DNA of 64,000 nt from Botryllus schlosseri. Its lineage: Eukaryota. Below the pieces are notes generated by a model. It was not told the DNA's origin. It saw nothing but the letters and a program-made list of their open reading frames with translations, and did not search any database. Shown here piece by piece: positions 51,744 to 64,000 of this stretch. The position numbers and the translations under genes are program-made. Location of the stretch: the NCBI GenBank assembly GCA_051294905.1, contig CM119371.1, forward strand, positions 10,852,001 to 10,916,000, given 5' to 3'. The stretch's first letter is position 1; each line of letters starts with the position of its first letter.

Positions 51744-53703
51744 CAGGGTATGGTATGGTATGGAAGTATGGTATGGTATGGGACGAAATTTCGGTATGGA
51801 ATATGGAAGAGTGCAAGTATATGGTATGGTATGGAAATTTCCCAAGTATGGTATGGAATGTGTTTTCCATACTTCCATACTTTTCCATACTTTGACAGTT
51901 TTGCCAGAACCATGACAATAATCCTACTTTACATTTGTCAAATTGATTGCATACCACAGAAAATCGCTCATTGTCTATGTTCATATCTCAAATTGTGATT
52001 CATGACTCCCCCATCCCGGTCGACATCTATGTGAAGACAACAAAGTTTTGCGCCGCGCTTATGAATGGAAATAATATTGACAAAATTATTCCGATTTAAA
52101 TATCATGAAAATGAATGATATTCGACCGCTGTCGCGTTACAATTGCATTTCGCTTATCGTAACTTCCACTACGTAAATAACCAATGTAGTTTTAAAATCG
52201 TAGACTCTGAGAATGTAGAAGTAACATGAATATTTTTATCAATTTGTTAATTTTCTGCGCTTTGGGAGGATGATCGTCAAGCAATATCTATTTGACAGAA
52301 CCATCATTGTAATTCTAAAATATGTAGCTTGTCTTGAAGCGACTTTACGATATGTAGGCCTACAACACGCATTGTAACTTCATGAAATATGGATATTTCT
52401 GATATAGGCCTAATGGACAGCGGACACCTTCATGTCTGGCTAATGAAGCTAACGAGTGTGACCCACAGATTGGTGGAAAAAATAGACATTTGATTAGCTG
52501 TCGCAAAATGATTGTAGTGATATAAAATTTATTTAAAGATCTATCCCAATGCAGGTGTTTCCAACCGATGGGGATGCGACAGTGCGGGTTATGGTGGCTT
52601 TATATCTACCATTCGCATTAGCTCGTCAACACCAGGAAGTTCATCTGACTCATGCAATATATTCGGCATTGGCACATTTAAATTGATGCTACCTTGGTAC
52701 ATTTGGAAAAATTACAAACCCTTCCTAGTTTTTGCGGGCTTACCTCACATATCTATTTTAAGGAGGCGCAACATTGCGCGTACGGTTATCAGTTCACTGC
52801 GCATTAATTTTATTGCGTGCTGTTTCATTCTGGGGGTCTTAACTTTCACCAACAGCAAGTCTTTACAAAAGAAAGTCTTATGAAATGTTATTGGAGGATC
52901 AATTTAAAAGTGTATAAAGCAGTGGTTCTCAACCTGGGGGCGCCCTCCCCCCTTGGGTGACGTGAAAGCAGCTGAAGGGGGGCGCGAAGAAGCGGTTAAC
53001 TGAAAAAAAATTCGCGCACTGCGCGATTTACCACCAATTCACGCACGTTTCTCTCTATATAGACCGAATTTCATATTTATGAATTCTCTCATCAACAGTC
53101 ATAACCTTCCATGCCATCAAACAATCTGTTGGGGTTGCTAGCATCCCGGTTAGATTTTGTGATATGACGATAAGGGGGGCGCGAAATTTTTCACTATCAT
53201 GAAGGAGGGCGTGTCTAAAAAAGGTTGAGAACCACTGGTATAAAGGTTGGGAACCTACCTTATAATTTGACAATACCTTTGTTTTATGTAATTCTGTAGA
53301 TGAGGTTATGCTAGCAGTGCGTTACCACATTAGATTTACATGTCGTGAGATTCTGTTGTGATTTCCAAATAATCCTGTAGGATACATAGACCTACATCAT
53401 ACATTCCTACATCGCTGACGACATATGATATAAAGAAACTGGGGATATCGTTGGTGCATCAGGACTGTTTAAATGAATAATTTCATCCAAAATAATTAGA
53501 ATATACACGCCGGACCACTTCCACACGCAAAAATAGAATATCAGTTGAGAGGTGGTCAAGTTTCGAAAGTATGGAAAAAGTATCAAATATGGTATGGAAG
53601 AATGTTGGTATGGTATGGAAAATCGTCACGTATGGTATGGAACGATTGGGCGGGTATGGAGTATGGAAGATTCTAATTCCATTCCATACCATACCATGCC
53701 CTG
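51744..53703. mobile_element. hAT-type element with (GTATG)n subterminal arrays
   Basis: TIR CAGGGTATGGTATGG / CCATACCATGCCCTG, perfect TSD AATTCAGC. Confidence 0.9.
52920..53237. mobile_element. 318-bp hAT MITE (reverse-orientation relative at 26398-26704, fragment near 61150-61305)
   Basis: TIR CAGTGGTTCTCAACC, perfect TSD GTATAAAG. Confidence 0.9.
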
Positions 53704-53975
53704 AATTCAGCTAAAAGAAGCTGAACACGGATTACTTGCGGGCATTGCGATTCGATGTGTTACCAATATCGTGGTTTTAATAAATTTACTTCGAGGTGGT
53801 CTAAAGCACACCTTCCATATGAATTACATTGGTGAAGTAATTTATCGGCAAACATGGGTACCCTCTTATACGAGCAAATCAGTTCAGCTATATTTCACTA
53901 TGTTCGATCACATTCTGATCTCACGTTGTGGGTACAACATGACTTTTATATAGCGCGTGAGACGGATATACTTAC

Positions 53976-54085
53976 CAAGAAAACGAGGATAATCTTCCAT
54001 AATTCGCATAAGAGATATTCAAAAATGTATCATCTTCACAACGAATAGTTTGCGATTCACCTTCACAAATCTTGACATCAGACAT
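53976..54085 (-). CDS. Gene C exon 1: N-terminal half of SUEL/Gal_Lectin domain (MSDVKICEGESQTIRCEDDTFLNISYANYGRLSSFS)
   Basis: Canonical ANYGR motif, donor GTAAGT in phase 2, acceptor TTTTTTAG 26 nt upstream of the ATG. Six-exon model totals 756 nt (251 aa). Confidence 0.9.
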
Positions 54086-55803
54086 ATTTGTTTGGTATCG
54101 TTGCTTTTAAACTAAAAAATTGCGAACAAAATTGACACGGGCGTAAGACGATGAACCCAGGTTGCGATCAAATATGTTATATTGGTCGACTCCCTGCATT
54201 CGGCCAGTTTGGTTCTGCTTCCTTTTTGGCCGAATTAAGCGGGGAAACGTTTTTCCGATTTCAGCGGAAAATCAATTCTTCACATCACGACCGTGTGTAA
54301 ATGCAAATAACGCATTCAAAATACGGTACGTTCAGTTATACCTTTAGGTTATTTGTATTATGCATTATTTTGGATACTAATCCGTTCAACAAACATTATA
54401 TATTGCATATAGGCAGGGTTGTCATCGACATGGACCAAAAAATAAGGACAGTCGAAAAATTAGATTAGCATGAAAAAGCGTTTTTGTACATATATTGTAT
54501 TTATACTAGCCATGGCATATCACGTTCCATACTTTTCGCCAGAAACAATCTGCTCCAGCAACTCCTTGTTATTACAAAGTTCTTTATAGATGTCACTACA
54601 ACTCACGTCTAGATTTACCTACACTCAGGGCCGAAACAGCACTTCGTCAGCCCCCCCCCCAAAAAAAAAAATATATACGTTGGCCTTGCCCGTACGGTGA
54701 TAAACCAACTTGTTCACCTCGTTGTGATTAGAGGCGTCAACCAAGATGGTAAAAGACCGTGCACCAGGTCTGGACAAAATCACTTTTTGAGCGTATGGAG
54801 CAAGAACTCCAATAACAATGGTTGTAGTCTTGGTCCTGGCCGAAGAAAACTTATTTGCGATGCTGGAATCTCATAATCGTCGCAAAAATTTTTATTACGC
54901 CTGCTCATTTTAACTAATCAGATTAAGCCTTAGTAGTAGCTAAAACTGTATGCGCAAGTGCAATATATTTTATATAAATTTATCAATGATTTCTAGTTTT
55001 ACTACTTTTTAACCTACCGTATGTGTCGACCGCACTGCGCCTTTTTTCACTACACAATAAATGCTGCCTTCCCCACGGCTTGAGCTTATTCTGCCGTAGA
55101 CCAAAAACAGCAGGAACCTGGCACTGCTGTTTACTGCTAAAATGACGTCCGGTGTGGTAGCTTAGTACAGACTAAATTGCTATACCACCACTCACTGCCC
55201 TAGTTATCTCACCACTTAAAAGTTCAATCTTGTGATGTGTATGTCACGAGAGTTCCTTTCAGTTATAATGTCATAAAATCTCGAAGCGAAAGCATAATTT
55301 TAGAATAATATGCAACACAGATACCAGAGAAAAACGATCGAAGTTCAGTAGTAGTTGAAAATAACACAAAATAAGGACGCAAGTCGAAAATAAGGACGTT
55401 TGTTAGAAATAAGGACAGTTAAGTTTTCTAAGACGTGACCCTTCAAAATAACGACAAATCTTAGAAATAAGGACGGTATATAGGGTTGCATTTGAAATAA
55501 AAATCCATTTAAAACAAACATGTTCAATAAATGTTTTTAATTTTTTTAGCCATGACGTCCCAAATCTTTTATTGTGACGTCACAGTGTATTGCCGTTCAC
55601 AATCGAAAATATAGGGTGAATATGGTTCCTTCGAAGAAAAGGGCTTCCGACCATTGTCATAAACAGACTAAATATATATTTATCCAGGAATACATTGTTA
55701 TGAAACATTTTTACAGTCGTCGGTTATCATCATCAGAATACACATTTCATGTCAATTACCTATATCTATTTGCTATAACTGTCGAACCAACGACGATTTA
55801 GAG

Positions 55804-58227
55804 CAGAGGTCTCAAACGCGCGGCCCGCCAGAGTAGTTTGTGCGGCCCGCGACGAGATTTTAGATTTTTAATAATCTGAAAGTATTTTAGTGTCACATAC
55901 AGTGTTCCCTCTAAGCTGCGCACGTGCGCAAATGCGCAGTGCTGAAACGGTCTCTGCGCACAGAAAATCCCAGCTGCGCTCAAAAAATCCGAAGTGATGT
56001 TTTTTTTTAATCGTTGCGCACTGTTGTCCAAGGGGCCGCGCAGACTCGTAAAAAAATAGAGGGATCATTGCCAGGGGCAAATAGTGTTATCGCTGAAGTC
56101 TGAAACGAAGGTACAAGTGCGGCCCGCAAGGGTAAATATTGCACTCGGTGAATAAATGAGAATTTGCGATCACGGGCACCTCACGAAATAGATTTTTTCT
56201 TTTAGTATGGTCTCGTACGCGTGAGCGATACTGATATCATTTCAATAGCGCATTATTTTCTGGGAATGGCAAAATAACATTGTTTACCAAAGTTGGGCTA
56301 GCTTGAAGTAACTCTGCGAGAAACCAACGAATAGTCTTCTCCGCGTGGCATAAACCTTGCGTAAGATTCACTCAGGACCGGAACCTCCCAATTGGAGGGA
56401 CCGCGCTCGAAGGGGACCCAAAATTAATTCGTGAATTAACATCAATCATGGTGTATTTTTTTTTAACTTTTAAAAAAAAATTTTGGCGCCATGCGCCATT
56501 TATTTTTGTCAAATATCTTGATTATTGCGTACCTTTTCCCCAATAAAAAATACATCATTTATAGAAATGGGAATTTGGGCGTCTGCCATTACCGCGCCAC
56601 GACGCACCAAGACATGTGAAGTTATAGACTATGTAACATACGACTCCGAGATATGCGCCAGAACGATCCGATCGCGAGCCGAGTCCCACAACAAAACAAA
56701 TGCCATATCGAGGGAACATTATTTGCCAGTAAAGAAATACCAATTTGAAATCGTGTACGTCATTATAGTTTAGTAGGTTTGGGCGATTTCAATATCTTTT
56801 GACATAGCAGATAGGAGGTCACGAAATAGCATCATGTAACGAAGTCATTATACCCAAATTGATAGCAATATTTATGCAATTCCCGAACATATTGCCCGAT
56901 TAAATCTTGAATGATATAAATTTTTCGCGCTTCGCGCGTTTAGACGAAGTAACCATATGAACGGGCACCCAATGTCAATGTTAAGTACCGGCAAAAGGCG
57001 CATGGGGCGAGGGGAGTTCGTTTTATCACCCTATGGGGGCCTGGTTGCGCACTGTTGTCCAAGGGCCTGCGCAGTAAGTTGCCGTGTTTGCGCAGAGTCG
57101 TGAAAAATTAGAGGGAACATTGGTCACATATATCTTTTCAGGTTATAAAGTCCAAATCCCTGCCCAAATTGCCCGGAAAGCCTGAAACTATTCATCAAAC
57201 TTCACTATCACATCAATTGCAAACGCTACCATGCAGTGGAAGATTCACTATTTCGCCACATTTCCAATTCATGATGACGAAACCTGACCCTTAGACGATT
57301 CGTAACAGAAATTCTTGAGTTGGACTTGGACGCGAGCTTTCTTAGAATTACTCAGACTCGGGCTAACTCGATGGCAAAATGAAAATGACTCGAGTGGACT
57401 CGGAGTGACTCGGAATGCCGTGAATATGTTAGAAACATGGATGCAACAAACTAATCGCGTATCAGGGGAATAGTAATAGACCAGAAGGTCGCAGCTTGGT
57501 ATTTCGCTAACTAAGCAAGTAGTTATGGCAACCATTGGCAATCTGTCAGTTACATCTTTGGTCACTAAACCATGTTATTAAGGCCACTTACAGGTACCGA
57601 GTACCGTAGTGGTACGCTCCAACGTTGTAACAACAATGGGCCGTTCGGCGTTCCGACACTTCAATCATTAGGACACATTCATTATTATATTTATATTATT
57701 TTATATTTGTTTCTGCTCCTATATTTGAAGATATTTTGGCCATGAGATTAATAGCCTACTCATCAGAAGTATACCCGAAAAATGGATTGGAATTACAACG
57801 CTCAACCTAAAAATGTTTTGATATCAGATCAGTCTCTATTTTCAATCTATTAAATTCAAAATATTCATAGTAGCTGAGAAATTATAACCCGATAGCTTTT
57901 ATGATGGCATCAAACATTTGTCCGCCCTTATGGTGTCTATATGTCATAATTACAATATATCAAGTACAACAACAATTCTATTCAAATTGTTATGAATGTG
58001 ATGATTCTTTTCTTGCCAGGTCTAAATTTATACAAGAGTAAATCACATTTTGACAATGTGTGTTTACTGATAGTCTGCTTGATCGGCTCACTTTCAATAG
58101 GACAATTCATTCCCGCCAAATAAGGCCTACTTGGAAAGACATGGAATACCCATATATATGCTGCGGCCCGCGGCGTCGTCAAAGCGGGAAAACTGGCCCG
58201 TGAGCACATTTGAGTTTGAGACCTCTG
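55804..58227. mobile_element. hAT MITE hosting 55900-57122
   Basis: TIR CAGAGGTCTCAAAC / GTTTGAGACCTCTG, TSD ATTTAGAG/ATTTCGAG. Confidence 0.85.
55900..57122. mobile_element. hAT-type MITE, CA(A/G)TGTTCCCTCTAA family, long form in reverse orientation
   Basis: TIR CAGTGTTCCCTCTAA / TTAGAGGGAACATTG, perfect TSD GTCACATA. Confidence 0.9.
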
Positions 58228-61200
58228 ATTTCGAGGGTTCCAGCCCCACCATATCAAATCGTCCGTAGACTCAAACTACATGTTTTTCGAAAGAATTTAC
58301 ACAATTATTGATTATTTATACTGAAGACTGACTGACCGACTGAAGAAGATTGCTTTTTTTCAAAAAGGTATTTCCTTGAAACACAGTTAGTTTTGCATGC
58401 AACACTAACTGTATTACTGTGTAACACACGCATATAGAGTTCAAATAGTACTTTTTTATACACCCACCAACGCTACTAATTTCCGAAATGTTTGGGGAGC
58501 GTCTATACTTCTACTTTTTTTACATCAGTGGTTCTTAACCTTGCTTCCAGCGCCCCCAAAGGGGCGCTGACGATTTGGAAGGGGGCGGAAACACTCAGGG
58601 GGCGAAATGGGGGGCGCTGAGATCAGGGGGGCGATACGGGGGGCGCTGGAGAAATATGGCTTCGCAGTAGATGATGTAGAAGTAGGACATTTCCCCAATG
58701 AGTATTCAGAGCAAATAAACATCCCACAAAATACGTCAAATCCCGGAATTGTCGGTCGCGCTACGTGTCGACGTTTGATACATATGTTTTCACAAAATTA
58801 GTGGGTTATTATAATTCATGTAAAATGAATTGCGAGTACTTTAAGACCGCCAATTTCCTTTAAAAACACTGCCATCACGCTTGCTATAGGGTTATTTTCA
58901 AATACATGTTTCGAACTAGGTATTCTATCCTACAGCGCACAGCGTGTGGAAATCGTAGAAGGAGGCACTGTATATCACTTTTGAGAGTGTGAGCTCCTCG
59001 TACATAAATATGTTTTAAGCTTTGTGCACGAAATGAATAACTAAATATACTTGTATTTGAGAGCTAAACAATCAAATCGTCAGAATATTTCTTCATAGTA
59101 CCATGAAGGATGATATTATCGAGTGTAGTGGTCCACAACCTCACATGAACGTTAAATATTATGAGTTGCTTTGTTCGGAATTGTGGGAGCTCTAGCCCCC
59201 TCTCTCCTATCTGTAGGAAGAAATACTACATCACGTGACTTATCGCATATTTATAACCGAGCGCATATCGCATATCAGCCCTTTTGATATGAGACTCACG
59301 TACGCCGTATAACCTACTGCTTGAAGTAACCATCCGTCCAATACATATGGAAAAGGCAATTGTCGTCTATTGAACTACCAGTCAAGAGCTACACGCAGGA
59401 CGCTCGTATCCGCTACTGCCAGCTAAGGATATTGTAAGCCGCTATCCGCAACATACGGACTTGCGGCATATGCCATCGCAGAATATCGGACAGACAGCTC
59501 CTTTCACCGCAAAATACATTCATGATTAAATTAATAACTGGGTACAGTACTAAATTCACGGAACAGGCAAAGGCCATGAATTCTGAAATTGGCAAAGATT
59601 TGTTGGGTAATCCTGTATGTACGAAAAATTAACGAGACGATAGATTTCTCATCGATGGGAGAGGCCGTTTACACATTCATAAGGGTGTTTCGGAGGCGAG
59701 TTTTATTAAAATACGCCAACCAAGTCAGAGCCATCTAAAAATAGTACACTGACCCCGGACGAGTGTCAGTCGAAAATATTCGGGTCCATTTCAATGGGAA
59801 TATACCATTCAATTATATATTAAAGTTCTTCACCCAATATGCTATTTTAAATGCTGAACGAATGCCGCTGTGTCGTCTTGTTGTCCGGTAGCCCAACATG
59901 ATCAATTATTTAATATTGGGTACATTATAACATTCGAAAAACATCGCCCATATCGTAATTTTAAACTGGTAATACCGAGCTGGAGAGGGAGACATAGGAT
60001 ACCATCTTAAGCCGATTTACAAAGCAGCAAGACAACCAAACGACGCACTAGCCTAAGCTAAACAGAGTATACTAAATATGTATATTTCCCATCATATTCT
60101 CCTGACACAGAACTCAAGCAACCTTTATATTGGTACTGCTCGCCTCCCGGGCGAATTAATTACATATATAGTGTAGCCTACTGCTCGCTACCGGGGCTAA
60201 ATAGTGATTAACCATAACCATGCACCTGCTACCGCGAATAATATACATCACGCAGACTTTGCCAGGATTCGCCAATTTTCAAGAATTCAAGCCCGTTAAT
60301 GAGGTTGACTAAGGTTGACGCAGGGTCGGGCCTCATATTACTTAATTTTTTTTCGAATCGGACAAGCAATCTTCAATAACAGATTGTACATGGTACATCA
60401 ATCAGCAGACACATAAAACTAGGTGAATCGAGTGATCACAATTACATCTTAGCAAAATTACCGAGATGAAATTGTACGGCGACAAATGCCACTACACTTT
60501 TTTGTGTGTTATTTCTAGTGTCGTCTGTTACTTTTCATTCATTGGGCATGCCTCTAATTATAATGTCCGTTTATTAATATCTGTAGCCCAAGGTGGGCGC
60601 TTGATTGAAATACTATGCCAAGTCGTTTTCACTCCTTACTGTATCGTTTCATGAAATCGCAACTTTACGTTGCTGGGAATGGCACGAATGAAGATCAGGC
60701 CGAAATCTCAACTTCATGTCTGGAATCCGATTGCGCTACTATGTCAGTCACTTGTCAGAGATCAGTGCCTGCCAAAATCGAGGACATGAGTCATTCGATC
60801 CGGAATCGAGTGTGCATCGAGTCGAGAGAGAGCTTTCCACGGCAAGAAGTACATATAGAAGCTGTATTTATCTCTGATAAAAATGACTCGTAGTGGCCAG
60901 AAGCAAATAATTTATGTCTTCGAACAAGTCGTCTTCAATACTAGACTACAATCGTAACAATTATTCCCAAGTTCGGATGCCAGTACTCGAATAATTGTGT
61001 CTAGACTTTCTATTGCAATATTGACTGATAAAATCCATATTTTACCACCACTTTTCTTCAAAACATCCCCCTTTGGTGATATAACAACGTTAGCTCGCCA
61101 GGAGTCTCCAGCACCCTTTACAGACCCTGAACCAGTGTCTCTCGAACTTGTTAGACACAGAAAAAATTCGCCCTTCCCCTCATCGTCATATCACAAAATG

Positions 61201-61990
61201 CAACCAGAATGCCAGATGTTCCAACGGATGGTTTGCTGGCATGGAAGGTTATGGCTGTTGATGGGATAATTCGACAATATAAAATTCAAACTATTCACAG
61301 AGCAATAATTACACTAATCAACAAAATGAAAAAACAGTTTTTAGACAGAACATCTGAGAGCCGTTTCTGGGGTTTTTGAGGTTGCTGATTACGAATATCA
61401 CATTAGTTTTGTCGGATGGGCTCTCTGTCAGAAGTTATTTATGCTCCTAAAAAAGCCCAAAATTACTGTATTTACCCTTAAATATTTCACTTGGTTGGAA
61501 GAAAATCGTAGTTTTTTCTAATTTTATACTGCGCATAAATGGCTAATTGGCTATGGAGAACCCTCATGTCATTTTGAGTCATTCTATCAATAATAACATG
61601 GCATGATGCGAAATATTTGTTTGTTAAAAAAGCAGTTTGTCAAACCTAAAAATTGTACTTTTCCAAAACGAAAATTCATCTTCTCCTGTATCAATTGGTC
61701 ATTCTACCAAGATTAAAGAGGAGTATAAAACTATAAAATTTGTCCTTGAAAGGCTTAACTACAATACTTATATGTGTCTCATTTCTTTTGACTGGTAAAT
61801 GGATAATTTCCATTGAGTCAACGAAGTGGGTATACCCAGTAACCCTATCAAACGAGAAGCTTAAATCTGGTATCTGGTATATTCGAATACCGATGAAAGA
61901 TTCCAATTTTACATTAGGAGTTCACAGCATGTAATTTCTCCTAAGATGCAGTAAATAAAACTTTTAACTGATCACAAAGCACCCAACAAT

Positions 61991-62405
61991 AGCAACCTAA
62001 CTAAGAGATCTGTCGAGTACTTGGGACCTATCCTCTGGAATGCATTACCACCACATATCCGTGAATTGCCTTATAATAGATTCGAAAAAGACCTACTTGA
62101 TCACCTCCTGTCGTTATACTATTAACACTGCCCTACCTCGCCCAGACATTGCTTCATTGATCATTTGCTACCATCGTTTAATTTTTATTCTATTTTCCTT
62201 CATTAACTAAACATTTTTTATGGTCATACTGTTCAGAGTCAAGTGTACCTGTTTGATGCTGGTGTGATCTGACTAGATGACCTTCACGGTGTTATCGATC
62301 ATTCCTATCTAATACCGAATACTGTGCATGCATATTTTCTGTACCACCATCACTGCCGTTTGTTATGTATTTTGGTTGGATGAAAATAAAGACTCTCTCT
62401 CTCTC
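61991..62405 (+). mobile_element. 3' end of a CR1/L2-group LINE
   Basis: Translation SNLTKRSVEYLGPILWNALPPHIRELPYNRFEKDLLDHLL (S-x-x-Y-x-G-P-x-L-W-N-x-L-P motif), then a 3' UTR ending AATAAA and (CT)n. Confidence 0.7.
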
Positions 62406-62511
62406 CCCAACTACAAACAGTTGGTCCGAAAATTCGTATCTGCATATCGAAAACTTGGAACAATCATGAGCATATAAGTTCACTTCCTGTTCAGTCATGT
62501 TTATATATTGT

Positions 62512-63793
62512 CAGAGGTGGTCAGTAACGAAGTACTTCTACTTTTTAGAAGTACTCAAGTAGTTTTCCTCTACTTCTGGTACTTACTCAAGTAGATCTAA
62601 TTTTCTTTACTTCTACTTCTACTTCGTAAAATTTTGTGATCTACTTACTTACTTTTTGCTATTTTCAGTTTGTCAAGTAGAAGTAGTTTAATCCCCCAAT
62701 ACGAAAGATAGCCTGTGGAATTTCGGGGCTGTGTTGCACGGAGTACCTACAATATTCATAAAAGTCAAGTAAAGCTCAGAAATTTTGTTGCGCTTCGCGC
62801 GCAGTAGTTATGGAGTGACAAATATGTTTTCACAAAAGTATCAGTGAATATAATGTAGGTACCGGATTGCTTGGTTCCGCTCATACCGCATTGTCGCCCA
62901 TATCAAATATTTCATCACAGTAAATATGGCCCACCATAACGTTTGAAACTACCGTTTCGCAATCTAGCAATTACCAATCATATCGTAATCTAACAGCCCA
63001 TATTACGTGTCTTGCTGATCCGGAAAATCCTGTTTTTTTGAACGTTACACCTGTTCAAGCAGATCACCTTTGAAGCTTTCAGGACAAATAACATCAAGTA
63101 TAGTTGCCGCTTTTTAAAAAGTGGTATATGCATTTCACTTTCAATTGCGAGTATCATACTTTGAGTTCTCATGAATTTCAGTTCTTTTGTCTGCAGAACA
63201 TACATGTTGAAGCATAAAAGCGAGTGCAGTAACGCCTCATTTTCCGGAAATAAAGCTACACTAAATATAATTTTTACCATCCACAATATTTGTTATTAAC
63301 GTATACTAATTGCGCAAAGTGATGAACCCGTATCCGATACAACTTATACGTATTGCTCTTCGCCTAAACTTGGGGCCTTATAATATGGGATAGGGCGCCA
63401 TGTCATGATATATTCTAAAACGAGGTCTTCTAGTAAACAAAGGGTTAGGATCGCATTTTCATATCAATACTATAATTTGCATCCCATGATGCGAAAAAAT
63501 GCTTATTCTGTCGAAAATTGATACCTCCTGGGATGCATCAATACGAATCAAGCACTCTGCACTTTCCGCATGGCTCAATTCGCAGCGTTTGACAGTCCTT
63601 GCAGATGAATTAAGACTGTTTTCAAAACTACCTACTTACTTGAGTAGATTTAAAGTCAGTCAATTCTACTTCTACTTTAAGTAGTTTTATGTGGCTTATT
63701 GAAAAAGTACTTCTACTCGTACTTGAGTAGATTTGTTCGTGGTTACTTCTACTTCTACTTGAGTAGCTTTGTTTACTACTTTGACCACCTCTG
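62512..63793. mobile_element. hAT-type element with (TACTT)n subterminal arrays
   Basis: TIR CAGAGGTGGTCA / TGACCACCTCTG, flanks TATATTGT/TATATTTC. Confidence 0.85.
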
Positions 63794-64000
63794 TATATTT
63801 CCCGATCATCATGTTGATTAGCAAGGGGAGAGGTTCTAACAAGACATCAGAACAACCATTGAAAGATACCAGGGCAGATGAGATGACCATTGATCATATT
63901 ATGTCAGACTGTTGCCGGAACCTTTCGAGAAACTGCACTAAATAGCTTACAGGCAAAAATCATACAAAAAACAATTTCGATTTAAAATATAACAATAATA

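Noticed and set aside
51647..51998. Overlapping Trp/Tyr/Gly-rich ORFs and CRISPR-like periodicity
   Set aside because: They are (GTATG)n subterminal repeats of a TIR element, with no unique spacers.
54112..64000. Signal-peptide exon for gene C, or a fourth paralogue
   Set aside because: No hydrophobic leader with a suitable donor and no lectin, TM or tail exon found by eye; a short exon could have been missed.

Overview
AT-rich eukaryotic DNA with spliceosomal introns. It looks like an invertebrate animal; a tunicate-like genome is a guess only. The ORF track misses the real genes. Reading the minus strand exon by exon gives a head-to-tail cluster of three paralogous genes, which I call C (54085->34702), B (25989->8504) and A (2281->873, 3' part not found). 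Each encodes an N-terminal SUEL/rhamnose-binding-type (Gal_Lectin) domain followed by a Ser/Thr-rich stalk. B and C continue into one transmembrane helix and a cytoplasmic tail with tyrosine motifs; B ends in an ITIM-consensus IIYGNL and C does not. Two oddities stand out: no signal peptide is visible, and B has an AT instead of GT donor right after its lectin domain. Introns and intergenic DNA are packed with nested non-autonomous DNA transposons, mostly hAT with readable 8-bp TSDs. There are also a Ginger-like long-TIR element, a dead Penelope-like RT, RTE and CR1/L2-type LINE 3' ends, a tRNA-type SINE, a transposon-bounded 1.3-kb inversion and a repeat with a minimal hammerhead-ribozyme-like motif. 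All calls come from manual reading; no database searches were run.
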